Below, piece after piece: positions 29,223 through 42,669 of a stretch of DNA of 64,000 nucleotides (positions are counted from its first letter, which is position 1; every line of letters begins with the position of its first letter). The stretch covers positions 136,772,001-136,836,000 of the forward strand of contig OX597816.1 of assembly GCA_951406725.2 (NCBI GenBank), given 5' to 3'. The position numbers were made by a program, and so were the translations under genes. The DNA comes from Octopus vulgaris. Taxonomy: Eukaryota. Under the pieces are notes generated by a model that had not been told where the DNA came from, did not search any database, and was given only the letters and a program-made list of their open reading frames with translations.

Positions 29223-31140
29223 CTTCTTCTTCTTCTCCTTCTTCTCCTCCTCCTCCTCCTCCTCCACCACCACCTCCTCCTCACTTGCTGACTTCGTCAT
29301 CTCTGTCAGATCTTCATCCGTTAACAGATCTGAGTGAACTTCGATCAGGTTATTAACGTCATCGGTAGTCATATCAGTGAAGCCATCTCCTCCTTGCAAT
29401 TTTGCCAGCTTCGCTGCCTTATCTACTTCAGAGTGATGGATTTCGTCAGGAGAGAATCCTTTATATTCGTGGACCGCTTCTGGCCACAATTTCTTCCAGA
29501 TAGTATTCAAAGTTTCTTTCTTCATCTCCTTTATGTCCTTCTGAATATTTTGAAAACACGTTGCAATGGTGTACTCACACCAGTACTCCTTCAGTGAGAA
29601 GATATCATCCGAGTCCATAGCCTCGACCAGGTGTTGCAGGGAGTTTCGCGTATAGAGCCCCTTAAAAGCACGAATAACGTTTTAATCCATGAGCTGGATC
29701 AACGATGTGGTGTTCAGCGGAAAGAATTCATACGACAGGTCGAGCGCATGACCCCCAGCATTGTCTATAAGGAGAAACACTTTGAATTCAGTCCTTTTTC
29801 AGCGAGATAAACTTGGACTTCGGGGATGAAACACTGGTGAAACCAATCCGATGTCAGTGGTTTCGTTATCCATGCCTTCTGGTTGTGCATCCAATGCATT
29901 GGCAGCAGGTTCTTATTTTTGTTTTAAGGATCCTTGGGTTTTTGAACTTATAAATAAGCCCTGACTTTATCATAAAACCCGCAGCATTTCCACTCATTAT
30001 AATTGTGAAGCAATCTTTGCACGCCTTACATTCAGGGGCTTTGACCTCCTCCTTCATAATGAAAGTTCGCGATGGCATCCGTTTCCAAAAGAGGCCAGTC
30101 TCATCCATATTGAAAACTTGTTCACGCGAATATCCCCCACTTCCTCAACGATGGATTGAACGTCTTGTTTACGTACTCCTCAGCAGCGGGTTTGTTAGCA
30201 GAAGCAACTTCTCCATGCAGAGACACACTTTTAAGGTTGAACCGCCTTTGAAATTTATCAAACTAGCCCTTGCTGGCATTAGATTCGGTTGGTTTGGTGG
30301 GAGATGTCGTAGATGGTCCTGATTCGGGGTCGTCTGGGTCATCGTCACCGCCATCCATAAATTTTCCGTACAGCTGCCTAGCCTTCTCACGGATGGTGTT
30401 GGTATCCAGTGCAATGTTCTTCTTCCTGCAGTCACTGATCCAAAGGGCTAATGTAGACTCCATCCTTACGAAGGCCTTATTGCAGGAAGTTACAACCCTT
30501 ATCGCTGTCTTGTTAAAAGTCACTTTTGCCGTCACACTTATATTTTTTCGTTCTTTTTGGTGCAGCGAATGGAAGATTCATTGATGCCATAATTGCAGCG
30601 TACATCCGCATACTGTCTCCCTTCCTTAAGCATGTCGAGGAGTCTCACTTTCTGTGCTATAGTAAGCATCTTCCTCAGGCGCTTCACTGCCAGAAGCCTT
30701 AGAAGGTGCTGAACATTTGGGTGACATCGTAGGGATTGAAATAAATTCACAATTTTACATACAAATGCAAGACAACACGACACACTCACCTCCCTAGTTT
30801 CGTTTTCCATACAGTATGTGCGATTCTTTGTTTACTCATCTACGGTACACTACGTATTTTCTTTTAATATATTTAAATTAATATGTTATACAGTGCAGTA
30901 CTGTACTGTATTTTATTTCTTAATTTATTAACTTTTATGCGTGAAAATGCTTATTTTACTACAAAAGCAATTGAAATATAAAAAAATATAAATACTTATC
31001 GACCGCATAAACCCGCGATATACTGAGGAATCCGCGATATACTGAAGAGTTCGCGATATAAATTTACATATATTAGTCAGAAAAACCCGCGATGTACTGA
31101 GGGCGCGATAGGTGAACCGCGATATGGTGAGTGACTACTG
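28817..31140 (-). mobile_element. Tigger/pogo DNA transposon, full span, transposase pseudogenised
   Basis: TA|CAGTA...TACTG|TA with related TIRs. Frames give RKMLTIAQKVRLLDML (CENP-B HTH), MDETGLFWKRMPSRTFI, DNAGGH and PLNTTSLIQLMD. Confidence 0.92.
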
Positions 31141-31559
31141 TACTGCTATTTCCTCTGAATTTCCAGAATAGCATAAAGCACCATATAGCGTTTAGTTACA
31201 TTAACCCTGAGATTTCAAACAATGCTGAGTTTCCTGAACAGCAATGCCTGTAGTTACAATTCTCATTTACCTCGTGTGACGTGCACGGCAAAAATAGATG
31301 GGGCATTTTCAAGACAAATATTTTCTACATTTTCTAAATAGTGTAAGTATGGAAAAAATGTGCCAACACCAGTAATTTCGTTTTCTGTTTTCTGGATCAC
31401 AAAACGGAACAACGCCAAAGAAATTCTGCATGATTTAAAAATAACAACATTATACAGGCAAGACAGGCAATAGTAATATATTCGTAATCACAGGCTAGAA
31501 AAAGATAAATATATTACGAAAATTAATAGTGTTTATTTAAAGATAAAAATAAAATTAAA

Positions 31560-31925
31560 AGGATTCAGGAAGATAGTAGCACCCAATTAAAAACGTGTCT
31601 AAAGGAACAACTTACAGTGATAAATAAACAAATTAGGTTTCCTTTATTTCCCCAACGTTGAAAGAGATTCACCCAAGCGCATATCCTTGTAACAGTAACA
31701 ATACACAAAGAAAACAACCTTGTTTGATACATATAACTCATATAAATACACCAATACACAACATCGGTAAACAATTAAATAACATTATCAAGTTATACAC
31801 GCAGAGTTTGGAGATCTTAGAAAACACAATACAAAAAAAACTACAGCGAAGTCGGCAACCTCTCCACTATAGACGTAGAATTCAGTTTATCAAAATTCCC
31901 GTAGCAGAAACAATAAGAAAAAAAA
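31560..31925 (+). mobile_element. Penelope-like RT fragment
   Basis: Broken frames give IHKENN..INTPIHNIGKQLNNIIK..TIDVE..IKIPVAETI, matching the PLE K.HK..RPI and SLDVESLFT.IP motifs. Confidence 0.55.
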
Positions 31926-32138
31926 AAGAACCGACATAGGTTCAGGCGTGGCTGTGCGGTAAGAAGTTTGTTTCCCAACCCACATAGTTCCGGCGAACAC
32001 CTAGCTGGCTTAACTGACGATGGCAAAGGAAATTGCCGAACCTGACGTCAGTCTTAAGAATCACATTTAGTAACAATTATATATGTATGTGTATGTGTGT
32101 AGTTATATATATAAATTATATGTATATGAGTATATATA

Positions 32139-32660
32139 TTACATGGAAAAATGCGAGCATGAAAGTAATATTCTTAAGATTATAAACCTGGAAAAGTACA
32201 GGACAAGTTATTACACCTGTAAAAGTATAGGACAAGCTATTACTTCTAGTAAAGTAAGAAACTTTTTACTTAAAATATTGCAGCAAAAATGCCACTTCTA
32301 ATTTATCACTCTTTACAGTTCTCATCTTTTAGATTTCATGTACAAAACTGTTCAGCTTATTTGTAAGTTTGTTTAATTAGTCATTTTTTCTGTATTTAAG
32401 GTAGAAAATTAGCCAAATTCTACTTAAATAAGTATAGTGTTATTTGTAAACTATAATAAAATATATTTTAATATTCAAATTTTAATTCTAGCTGCAATAT
32501 TTTAAGTAAAAAGTTTCTTATTCTTTACTTTACTTGAAGTAATGGTTTGTCCTATACTTTTACAGGTGAAATAACTTGTCTTGTACTTTTCCAGGTTTTT
32601 AATCTTAAGAATATTACTTTCATGCTCGCATTTTCCCATGTAATCCATGATTTTTCCAGG
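32139..32660. mobile_element. Long-TIR fold-back element (about 150-bp arms); third arm at 40198-40355
   Basis: 32139-32285 is the reverse complement of 32490-32643. Confidence 0.7.
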
Positions 32661-33819
32661 CATTGCTGTTGTAAGATAATTAATAATGTGTCAATTAATA
32701 ATTTAGGATTTTACCTTATAAAATACTGGGTAGGGGGATACATTAGCTGCTATTTTTAGCGTGTCGAGCGACCAGGTAGAGGCTCTTTCATTGGTTTGAT
32801 TGCGTGATGAGACTTTTTTACACATATATGTAATATGTATATATATCATCGGCAGAAGTTAGAGAGTAAGTCAAAACCTGAGTTTCGTGTATTGGCACTT
32901 ATCAAACACGAATTTGTCCATTGTCACTCTGTAACTTGTGACGAAATAACTTCTAAAATACAAAATTTTGTCAAAAACGTTAAGAGTAAACCCTGTTGTA
33001 TGTAACACATTGTACCAGTATCGGAAGCTTCAAAGTGTTTAGTTTAAAAAAATTAATTAGATAATATGTACGTCAAATTAAATAGATCGGAAATGGATAA
33101 AAAGCGAAGTCGTCTTCAGCGGAATTTGAGCTCAAAACATAGGAGAAATACCGGTGTTAGCATTTCGTCCGTGGGGGGGGGGGCTTGACGCTTCTGCCAG
33201 CTCGCCGCCTTTGAACGTAAATGTTCATTTTAGCAATATATTCTTTAATATTCTTATAGATAAGCGTTACTCCCTTACTCTTACTTACACGAAATTTCGT
33301 GGTATTTCACCCCATAACTTTTCTTTATACTAATTTTTGTTCAATGCGACAAACAACTCTGATTTCCTCATACATATTTCTATCATTTAAGCCTAAGAAA
33401 AGTATACTTTTATTTTAAGATTAAAAAGTTTATGCTAATTTAAGGTGAACAGGTGCCTTACTGCCCACCTTGAGATCGCAGATATTTTGATGTAACTTTT
33501 TTTTCTACTGAACCAAATCTCAAACTATTTATAAAGTGTAGCTGAGGAGATGTTCTCTTTAAAACTATTAACAGTTTGCAATTTAGTTGAGAATTGAATT
33601 AGTGGTGAAGCTTAGAAGCTGCTGCGATTGACAAAATGGAGGACTTAAGAATATATTCAACCACTACCGTGGTTGGATGATATATATATATATGTGTATG
33701 TGATATATATATATATATATAATTCCACTTATAGAAATGGAAAAACGGTCTTTGACTGCCATTTCTAATTCCTTCGGTATGAGGCGAAACAGCTCGCTGC
33801 TAGCCAACTTATTTTTCTT

Positions 33820-33870
<51 letters not shown>

Positions 33871-35645
33871 CACTCAATTCTCTTTTCGCACGGTTTTGAA
33901 ATAACACGGTCCAACAAAAAGAACCAATTGTTTTTTTTTTGCACTATTCTTTTTTTTTTTTTAACACGGTTTAAACATCTGTCCTTGTGTAACCACCGAA
34001 TTTATTGCAAGTGACAAATAAACGATTAAGTAACATAAATCAATTATAATTTGCAAAACGCCGAAACTACGTAACATGATTAAGTAACAATTTAGCGAAG
34101 TAAAATAGAATCCAATCTATTTTTCCCGTATAGCGATCCCCCACTCTTCGGTGTGCGCGGGACCTATGCACTGTGCATACCTCTGGTGACGTGTAACCGC
34201 TCCATCAGACGGCTCGCGGCGGCAGTCGTTATCATCAGGTCTAATACGAAAGACGTGTCGCATGTTTTATCCTCTGCTATATTTTATATTTGCGATCGTG
34301 ACAGTGATAACCTACCCCAAAATGTCGGTTGATATATCTAAGAAAAATAAAAGAGCATCAATTTCTTTGGAGACCAAGATCAATATTTCGGATCGTCTAC
34401 GTAAGGGCGAAAGTGCAGCGTCCTTGGGTAGAGCTTTCTCCTGAACAAAACTACGATAAGAACGATCAAAAGGAATAATGCTGCCATTAGATCTGTAGCA
34501 TCTGGAACAAAATTATCTGCCAAGTCATCGTCATATGCAAGAGACATGATTCAAGAAAAGATGGAGAAAGCTTTGATAATATGGATAGAAGAAAATCAAA
34601 AAAGGATACCAGTAGATGATAAAACCATAAAACAGATGGCATTGCGATTTTACAAGAAGATTAATGATCTGGAGTCAAGTGTGTTATATCTGTCTAGTGA
34701 TAAAAAGAAGAATGAATTTGCTGCAAGTACGTGATGGCTTTCAAAATTCCTTGAAAGACACGCACTGCATAATAAAAAAAAAATGGGTGAAATTTCATCG
34801 GCATATAAGACTAGCTACTGAAGAATTTCTTCCAAAACTAGCCAAAATAATTGAAGAGAGCAGTTACATTTCAGACCAAGTTTTCAACGCAGATGAAACT
34901 AGTCTCTTTTGGAAAAAAATGTCAAACAGAACGTATATAGCAAAATCAGAGAAAAGTGTCAGTAGTTTTAAGGCAGCAAAAGACCGTGTAACTTTCTTGT
35001 TGCGTTGCAGCGCTTTAGGAAATTATTTGTTAAAACCGTTATTAATTAATCGATCAGTTCGTCCGCATGCGGTGAAAGGCGTAGACTTAAGTAAAATACC
35101 AGTTCATTGGAGAGCCAATAAAAAATCATGCATGACAGCAGAAATATTTACTGAATGTTTTAACAACTGCTTCGTTCCTGAAGTAAGAAGATATATGGAA
35201 GATAAAAGTCTTGAGTTTAAAGTCCTTTTACTTATAAACAATGCACTCGGTCATCCAGATTTGGAACACCCGAATGTAAAAGTTGTATTCTTGCCACCTA
35301 ATACAACATCGCTGTTTCAACCGCTTGATCAGGGTATAATTTCAACATTCAAATCATATTATATCCAGCAAACATTTATCCAAATTAAAGCCAGCCACCC
35401 TAAAAGCGTGCTGGAGACCACTTTGGCCAGAATGTGTAAAACCTAAACATCTCTTATCTAATATAAATACAAACGAATTATATTCTGATACCATCACTTT
35501 ATCACATCAGATTGCCAGAGAAGGTTTTGAAGAATTAGCTATTGAAAATATTTCAGAATAAACAATTGACGAAGCTCCTAATGAAGAAAAAAATTATAGA
35601 GAGTATTTCAGAGAACGTATATGATTCCACGGTAGTTTATAGTAG

Positions 35646-36439
35646 GGATCTTTTCCTTTTGAACGGCATATGTCAACACAATTTCTAGTTAATTAAACAC
35701 TTTTAAACTTCGTATACTGGTAGAATGTGTTTATAAAACATCATTTTTCCTTGGCTTTATTGAGAAAATTCTATTGTTTGTAAGATATTTCCACTTTAAA
35801 ATCGAGCATTTCGGCAATTTTAACCAATCGCTGGAGTCCATTTGGGGTGAAAACATTCCGTGCTGTATGAATATGTCCCTCGTTTGAGAAACAGATTGGG
35901 TTTATTTACATTTGCGAAGAAAAAAAAGATACCCTTCCCCCACCCCTAACCCTAACCCTAAAACAGATTGAAATGCAGTAGATCGATACTAGGGTTATAA
36001 TTATGGGTGACAATTTCATACGACACTGCTACGGAAAATGGGATTTTTTCTAGCGGTGTCAAATGAAAATGTCACCCATAATTATAATTTCAATCTGTTC
36101 TAGGGTTAGGGTTAGTTAGAGTTAGGGATAAGGTTAGGGGCGGGGTTAGGGGCGGGGGAAGGGTTAGGGGTGGGGGAAGGGTATCTTTTTTTCTTCGCAA
36201 ATGTAAATAAACCCAATCTGTTTCATACAGCACGGAATGTTTTCACCCCAAATGGAGGTGAGCGATTGGTTAAAATTGCCGAAATGCTCGATTTTAAAGT
36301 GGAAATATCTTACAAACTATAGAATTTTCTCAATAAAGCCAAGAAAAAATGATGTTTTATAAACACATTCTACCAGTATACGAAGTTTAAAGGTGTTTAG
36401 TTAACTAGAAATTGTGTTGATAACTACCGGAAAAGATCC
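35646..36439. mobile_element. Palindromic (dimeric) MITE with 8-bp TSD and TTAGGG-like repeats, Merlin-like
   Basis: GGATCTTTTCC...GGAAAAGATCC; flanks TATAGTAG/TATAGTAA; the halves are inverted copies. Confidence 0.8.
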
Positions 36440-36734
36440 TATAGTAATTGATAATGAAGAAGTGGTTCCATTATCTGCAAGTACAATTCTAGAAGGCCTC
36501 CAAATAGCCAATAAACTTGGCTATCATTTTCTTACAAATGATAACAATGCCGAATGAGCTGTGTAATTCCAACGTGATTTGAAAATGATTATGGCACGTT
36601 ATGAGGAATCATATAAAGAACTAACAAAAACAAAATCACAGCATCTGATAACCGAATTCGTATTCAAAACCAGTGAAACAAAAACAAATAAACAAAAGAT
36701 GTTAATTTTATTCAAGATACACATGAAGATATAT

Positions 36735-36970
36735 ATTTCTTTACTACCCACAAGGGGCTAAACATAGAAGGGACAAACAAGGACAGAGAAACGGATTAAG
36801 TCGATTATATCGACCCCAGTGCGAAACTGGTACTTTATTTATCGACCCCGAAAGGATGAAAGGCAAAGTCGACCTCGGCGGAATTTGAACTCAGAACGTA
36901 ACGACAGACGAAATACCGCGAAGCATTTCGCCCGGCTTGCTAACGTTTCTGCCAGCTCGCCGCCCTTGAT
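36735..36970 (-). mobile_element. SINE family B with 18-bp TSD
   Basis: Head GGCGGCGAGCTGGCAGAAACGTTAG...GAGTTCAAATTCC; TSD ATACACATGAAGATATAT at 36717 and 36971. Confidence 0.88.
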
Positions 36971-37091
36971 ATACACATGAAGATATATCGCCATTAAATA
37001 TTTCCAGTGACGAGAGTGATTTTGCGCTGTCGAAAAGCTACAGAAATCGAGCACGTTTACTGCCTAGTAGTGACACTGAATGACTGAATTA

Positions 37092-37093
<2 letters not shown>

Positions 37094-37124
<31 letters not shown>

Positions 37125-37350
37125 GTTTAACGTCCGTTTTCCGCGCTAGCACGGGTTGGACGGTTTCGACCGGGGTCTGGGGAGCTAGGGACTGCCCCAG
37201 GCTCCAGTCTAGTCTGGCAGTGTTTCTACAGCTGGATGCCCTTCCTAACGCCAACCACTCCGCGAGTGTAGTGAGTGTATTTTACGTGCCACCTGCACAG
37301 GTGCCAGAGGGGTCTGGCATCGGCCACGTTCGGATGGTGCTTTTTATGTG
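37094..37350 (-). mobile_element. 5'-truncated retroposon 3' end with (GAT)n tail (family D)
   Basis: Same sequence as 55282-55605 and 55640-55958 (TTGGCGTTAGGAAGGGCATCCAGC...GGACGTTAAACGATGATG). Confidence 0.8.
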
Positions 37351-38081
37351 TGGGGGGTGCAGAAATATAGGGGAGCACCAGTGGGGAGGGGTGGTTCAGA
37401 GAAATGATGACAGGTTCTAGGCAAGTAGAACGTAGGATATCAAGAGAGGGGTAATGCATGGTGAAATAGCGTATTGAAGAGGGGTTCGAAGAGTAGACAC
37501 CTATAATGGTGGTGGGAGAAGCGACATCCGGTATAGATGGAGCAAAAATATAGAGATATCCGGTATTGGTGGTGGGGGTGGGCAGGGCGGGTGCACCGCG
37601 AATACACGATGAATACACGATGGTTGATTATAGTCGAGAGGAGAAATGGATAAATTAGTTAAAATAATTAGATAGATAGAGAAATTAGATAAAAATAGTT
37701 AGATAAATAAGAAAGCATGTATGATCGATCGAGAAGTGAAAATAAATAAGCATTCAAACTTATCTGCGCTCGGGTGCTAGATGAATGAATGAGAGAGCAA
37801 ATGTTGGGGCTGCCTTTTTTAAGTAAAAGTTGTCCGGAAGAAGAATTTTTGGACAAGGCGGAAGTGTATTAAAGGAACAGGCTTCAAGATGGCGAATTAT
37901 GTTTAAAAAATCCAATTTATTTGTATATGAAAATTAGCATTTTTTAATTAAATATATTTGGATGGAACCTGTCTCTAATTTTCATATGTAGACAGTATAT
38001 TTTTTAACAGGATTTTATTTTGCGCGGTAGTCTTTGGAATGTATCCCCCGTGCAAAAAAAGAAGTGAGTGTGTGTGTGTAT

Positions 38082-38112
<31 letters not shown>

Positions 38113-38217
38113 CATACATACATACTTACATGCATGCATACATATATTTATGTGTAAATATATATGTATATGTGTGTATATATATAATATACATACACAT
38201 ATACATATATATATATT

Positions 38218-38430
38218 CTTTTATTCTTTTATCTGTTTAAGTCATTTGACTGCGGCCATGCTGGAGCACCACCTTAGGTGATTTTAGTCGAACAAATCGA
38301 CCCCAGGACTTAATCTTTGTAAACTTAGTGCTTTTTCTATCGGTTCTTTTGCCGAACCGTTAAGTTATGGTGGCATAAACACACCAACATCGGTTGTCAA
38401 TCGATGGTGGGGGCACAAACAGAGACACAA

Positions 38431-38520
<90 letters not shown>

Positions 38521-38682
38521 GACGGGCTTCTTTCAGTTTCCGTCTACCAAATCCACTTACAAGGCCTTGGTCAGCCTGAGGCTATAGTAGATGACACTCG
38601 CCCAAAGTACCACGCAGTGGGACTGAACCCAGAACCATGTGGCTGGGAAGCAGACTTCTTACCACACAGCCACACTTGCGCC
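38218..38682 (-). mobile_element. SINE family A, full copy
   Basis: Collinear with 6373-6810. Confidence 0.88.
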
Positions 38683-39492
38683 TTAAACGGCTGTTTGCAA
38701 CGTCAAATCGTGAAAGAAAATTATAGCCGTCAACTAAACTTGACTAAGGGTATGAATAACACCTACATTGCTAGAAATAGAAGGTAAAATGCTCAAATGC
38801 TTACAAATGTTACAAAGCACTTAACACATACTCTGGTACGGGATGCAATTAAAAGAATAGATTTTAATTATCCACAGAGATCATCAAGAATTGTATATAT
38901 TGTTAATTATAGTAATTTTCAATTATTATATAATAATTTTAATTCCTATAAGAGGATATAATATAAAAATAAATAGGTATTTAATTATCTTATCCGTTAT
39001 TTTAAATCTTTAATTATCTAGCGGAGTCATCAATAATTGTATATACTATTATTAATTATAATGATTTTTCAATTATTATCCTTCAACTACGGTAGGCCGC
39101 AATGTACTCACACGCAGCACCTTTCAGAGCTTGTCGCTAATTCATTTCTTAACGAAATTGAAAACTGTTAACATTTTTGAAGAGGACTGGTCCCTAGCTA
39201 TATTTTGGCATAAAAGAATTGAGATTTGATTCAGTTGAAAAAAGTTTACATAAAAATTTGTAGCAACGTTATAGTAGAGTAAGTAACGCCACTAATCAAG
39301 TTTAGATCTAAATAACTTTTTTATTTTAAAAGCAAAATATATTTATCTTAGCTTCAATGATAGAAGAAAGCATGAAGAATTTCATAGTTTTGTCACCATA
39401 CAACAAAAATTTGTATTAAAAAATTGTGAGGTAAAATATCATGAAAAAATGTAAGGAAAAAAAATTGGATTTAAGTATAATTAACTTTTGTA

Positions 39493-39907
39493 GGATCTTT
39501 GAACGGCAGTTTTTTAAAATAATTTCCACGTAACTAAACACTTTTAAACTTCGTATACTGGTAGAATGTGCTTATAAAACATCTTTTTCTCTTGGCTTTA
39601 TTGAGAAAATTCTTTAGTTTGTAAGATATTTGTTGTTTTGTTTTCTTCAATTTCTGCAATTTCAACCAATCAATGACGTCTATTTGAGGTGAAAACATTC
39701 TGTGCCGTATGAATATGTCCCTCGATTAAGAAACAGATTGGGTTTAATTACATTTCTGAAGAAAAAAGATACCCTTCGTCCCACCCCTAACCCTAACCAA
39801 CCCTAAAACAGATTGAAATGCAATAGATCGATACTAGGGCCATAATTATGGGTGACAATTTCATATGACACCGCTAGAAAAAACTGCCGTTCAAACCGAA
39901 AAGATCC
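39493..39907. mobile_element. Monomeric MITE with 8-bp TSD, Merlin-like, same family as 35646-36439
   Basis: GGATCTTT..TGAACGGCAGTTTTT TIRs; perfect TSD CTTTTGTA at 39485 and 39908. Confidence 0.88.
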
Positions 39908-40624
39908 CTTTTGTATTTTAAAAACAAATTATATTTTAATTACACTTAAATGATAGAGCTCAATTCGAGGAATTTCATGGCATCAATCTCTTTCAATGAA
40001 GTTTTAAAAGAAAAAAGTTATGTGTTTGTTTCTCAAATTTGAAGGTGATAATATAGTTCTATACTTTTTTTATGAATATAATTCTATACGGGGACTTTTA
40101 ATATATGTCACCGGCATCATTAAGGTAAGGAAAAAAATTATCAACGACACCGCTAATTGACTCATTCGACACATTATAAATTAGGATAATTGCATAACCT
40201 GGAAAAAATATGGATTACATGGAAAAATGCAAGGAAAAGAAATAATATTCTTAAGATTATAAACCTGAAAAATTACAGGACAAGTTATTACAATTCGAAA
40301 AGTTCAGGACAACTTATTACATCTGGTAAAGTACAGAACAAGAAAAGTTTTACTTAGCGACATTTCGTCCGTCTTAAAGCTCTGAGTTCAAATTCCGCCG
40401 AGATCGACTTTGCCTTCCGTTCTTTCGAAGTCAATAAAATATGTAACATTTGAACACTGGGGATGGGGGGGGGTGTAATCGACTAGTCCCCCTCCCCCTA
40501 AATTTCAGGTTTTGTGCCTATAGTAGAAAGGAATATTGGGCCAAGGCCCAAGAATAATAAAAATGCGCTTGAATCATACAATGAAAAAGACAACCAAATA
40601 CCCATCACTACCAAAAAAAAAAAA

Positions 40625-41425
40625 AAGGCATCGGAGGGGCGATGCATACCCAGTGCACAGATAAATTTTTTTCGCAAATTATACTGTGGCTTACAATGCA
40701 TTGCTTGCCCATACTTTTTAACTGAACTGAATTAAGCTTTGTAAATGTTTGACTAAAAGAGGATTAGAAGCCTAAAAGTAGACTTGATCGATGTCTACGA
40801 CAAACGCATATTAGTAAAATAAATGATTATTCAAATAATAATCATGACTACGAAAAAGAAATTGAACAAAATAAAATTCTTATAAAAAGATATTGCATAG
40901 TATTTGAAAAGTGTTTTCAACGTCTTTCACTGATCGCAAGCGAATCAAACGTACTGTAGTTCGTAGTCGGATATAAACAATGTGACCACTTGCGTATCAA
41001 GAAAATTGTAAGGTTTTTTGGGTTTTTTTAAGTAGAGCCGTTATAGGTATTTATGCTCCGGTGAAATTAAGAAATCAACTCATAAATAAATGAAATCCTC
41101 GATTCCATCAACTGTACACACAGAATCGCATAGCTATGTATGTAGGTACCCACACGTGTCTACGTGCATAGGTACACCATGAGCTATACATTCGCAGACG
41201 TAGGTCGCATCAAATGATATGTATATGATAGATCGCTAGCCACTACATATTCTTTATTTTCTCTCCTTGTCTCTTTCTGTGTTCCTTTCTGTGGGAGAGC
41301 GTAGGTTCGAAACGTTAAAGTTTTTTTCACTTCCCGAGCATTAAACTAATATATCTGTTTGTTGTCTACACCACTTGTCGTCGTCTTTTGTTTTTTGTTG
41401 GGTTTTTTTAACTCTCCCTCCCCCC

Positions 41426-41464
<39 letters not shown>

Positions 41465-42250
41465 CTAGCAGTATCGCCCGGCGTTGCTCGTGTTTGTAAG
41501 GGAAATAACTATATAAGCATTTTTAGAGATGTAAAGTATAATAGCGATCTCAATATGGCTAACCACAAAGGGGGGGTGTTACTGTAGCTTTTTACGTTCT
41601 GAGATTTAATAATAAATTTTTAGAGAGTTACTTCCCTTATATATGCCAAAAATGCATTAAAAATGGGAAAGTTGATGGTAAATTTTTTTAAATCGTAGAC
41701 TCATCGTAGACGCGCGCTAATACCCAGAAGGGCTCGATATGAATCACGACTATAAGATACCCGGTTTTGGTTAAACTGCACCGCAAAATGTGGGAGTAGT
41801 TAGGAATCTAAATCGTAGGAGACAGACAGCACACAACCTCACTTTTATATATAAAGATATATATATATATATTTTGTGTACTAGTCCGTCATGGTAAGAT
41901 CGACAAAAAAGCACTTTATCTGGTGAGAGATAAATAGTATTTGATAGACATAATGCATGTTTTCATGTGTTAGTAATAGATTCTTGTGCTGAGGACATGC
42001 CAAAACGATGCATACCCAGCGTGCACATAAATTCTTTCGCAAAATCTGCAGTCAAAACATTCTGATTCACCCGTCCGCCAGTTTAGAAGATAACCAAACT
42101 AAATTTTCATTATTTTGAGCCACTCATCCAATAGTATTTCGGCCAAATTTGGTGAAAATCTGTTCTGCCGTTTTCCAGTAATTTTGCAAACGCACAGACA
42201 AAGACAAGTGACTACAATACCCTGTTTTCGCTTACGCGCGCAGGGTAAAA
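40625..42250 (+). mobile_element. Helentron/HINE-like element, interrupted; cleaner copy at 57930-58425
   Basis: Shared 5' GGCATCG..GATGCATACCC, AAATTTGGTGAAAATC..CAGACA core and 3' hairpin CCCTG...CAGGG; A/T-rich flanks and no clear TSD. Confidence 0.6.
41465..41857 (-). mobile_element. Non-autonomous Helitron
   Basis: Minus strand A|TCTTTATATATAAAAG ... GAGCAACGCCGGGCGATACTGCTAG|T. Confidence 0.85.
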
Positions 42251-42669
42251 GCTACTTACCAGATGAAATTACCACATCTGCACTCAACTCCAACAGTAAA
42301 AATATGTGACTGCTCTAATTGCAGAATTTGTGACAATCTTATTGAGGACATATACAGATGGAGAGAAAGAAGGAAAAAGAAGCATAGTAGTTCATAGTTC
42401 AACTTCCCGAAGTTGTAGGCACAAGATCATAAGTCCTTAGGATGCAATCCTGCGTAGGTCCATATGGGTTAAAATCCTGATATAGTAAACATTCAGGGAA
42501 AAAATACGCGAACATTTCAACGTTCAATAACAGAATGGTAGCAGAAGTAGTTATTAAGTGGTAAGAAAAGAAAATAAATAGAGAGAGAAGCAGATAACAA
42601 AATTTACATAAGAAAAAACTAGAAAACACTTACATAAATTCTTCGCCAACTTTAACCTGTCTATCTCTT

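Larger units (their letters stand above)
33871..38070 (+). mobile_element. Tigger/pogo transposon carrying nested insertions
   Basis: TIRs CACTCAATTCTCTTTTCGCACGG / CACTCACTTCTTTTTTTGCACGG. Frames give KRASISLETKINI, QVFNADETSLFWKKM, KAAKDRVT and FLPPNTTSLFQPLDQGII. Confidence 0.92.

Noticed and set aside
34664-35446. Domesticated TIGD/CENP-B-like host gene
   Set aside because: Frameshifts, stops, retained TIRs and nested insertions indicate a dead transposon.
35935-36182. Telomere or chromosome-fusion scar (CCCTAA/TTAGGG)
   Set aside because: The repeats are internal to a TSD-bounded MITE that has a second copy at 39.5 kb.
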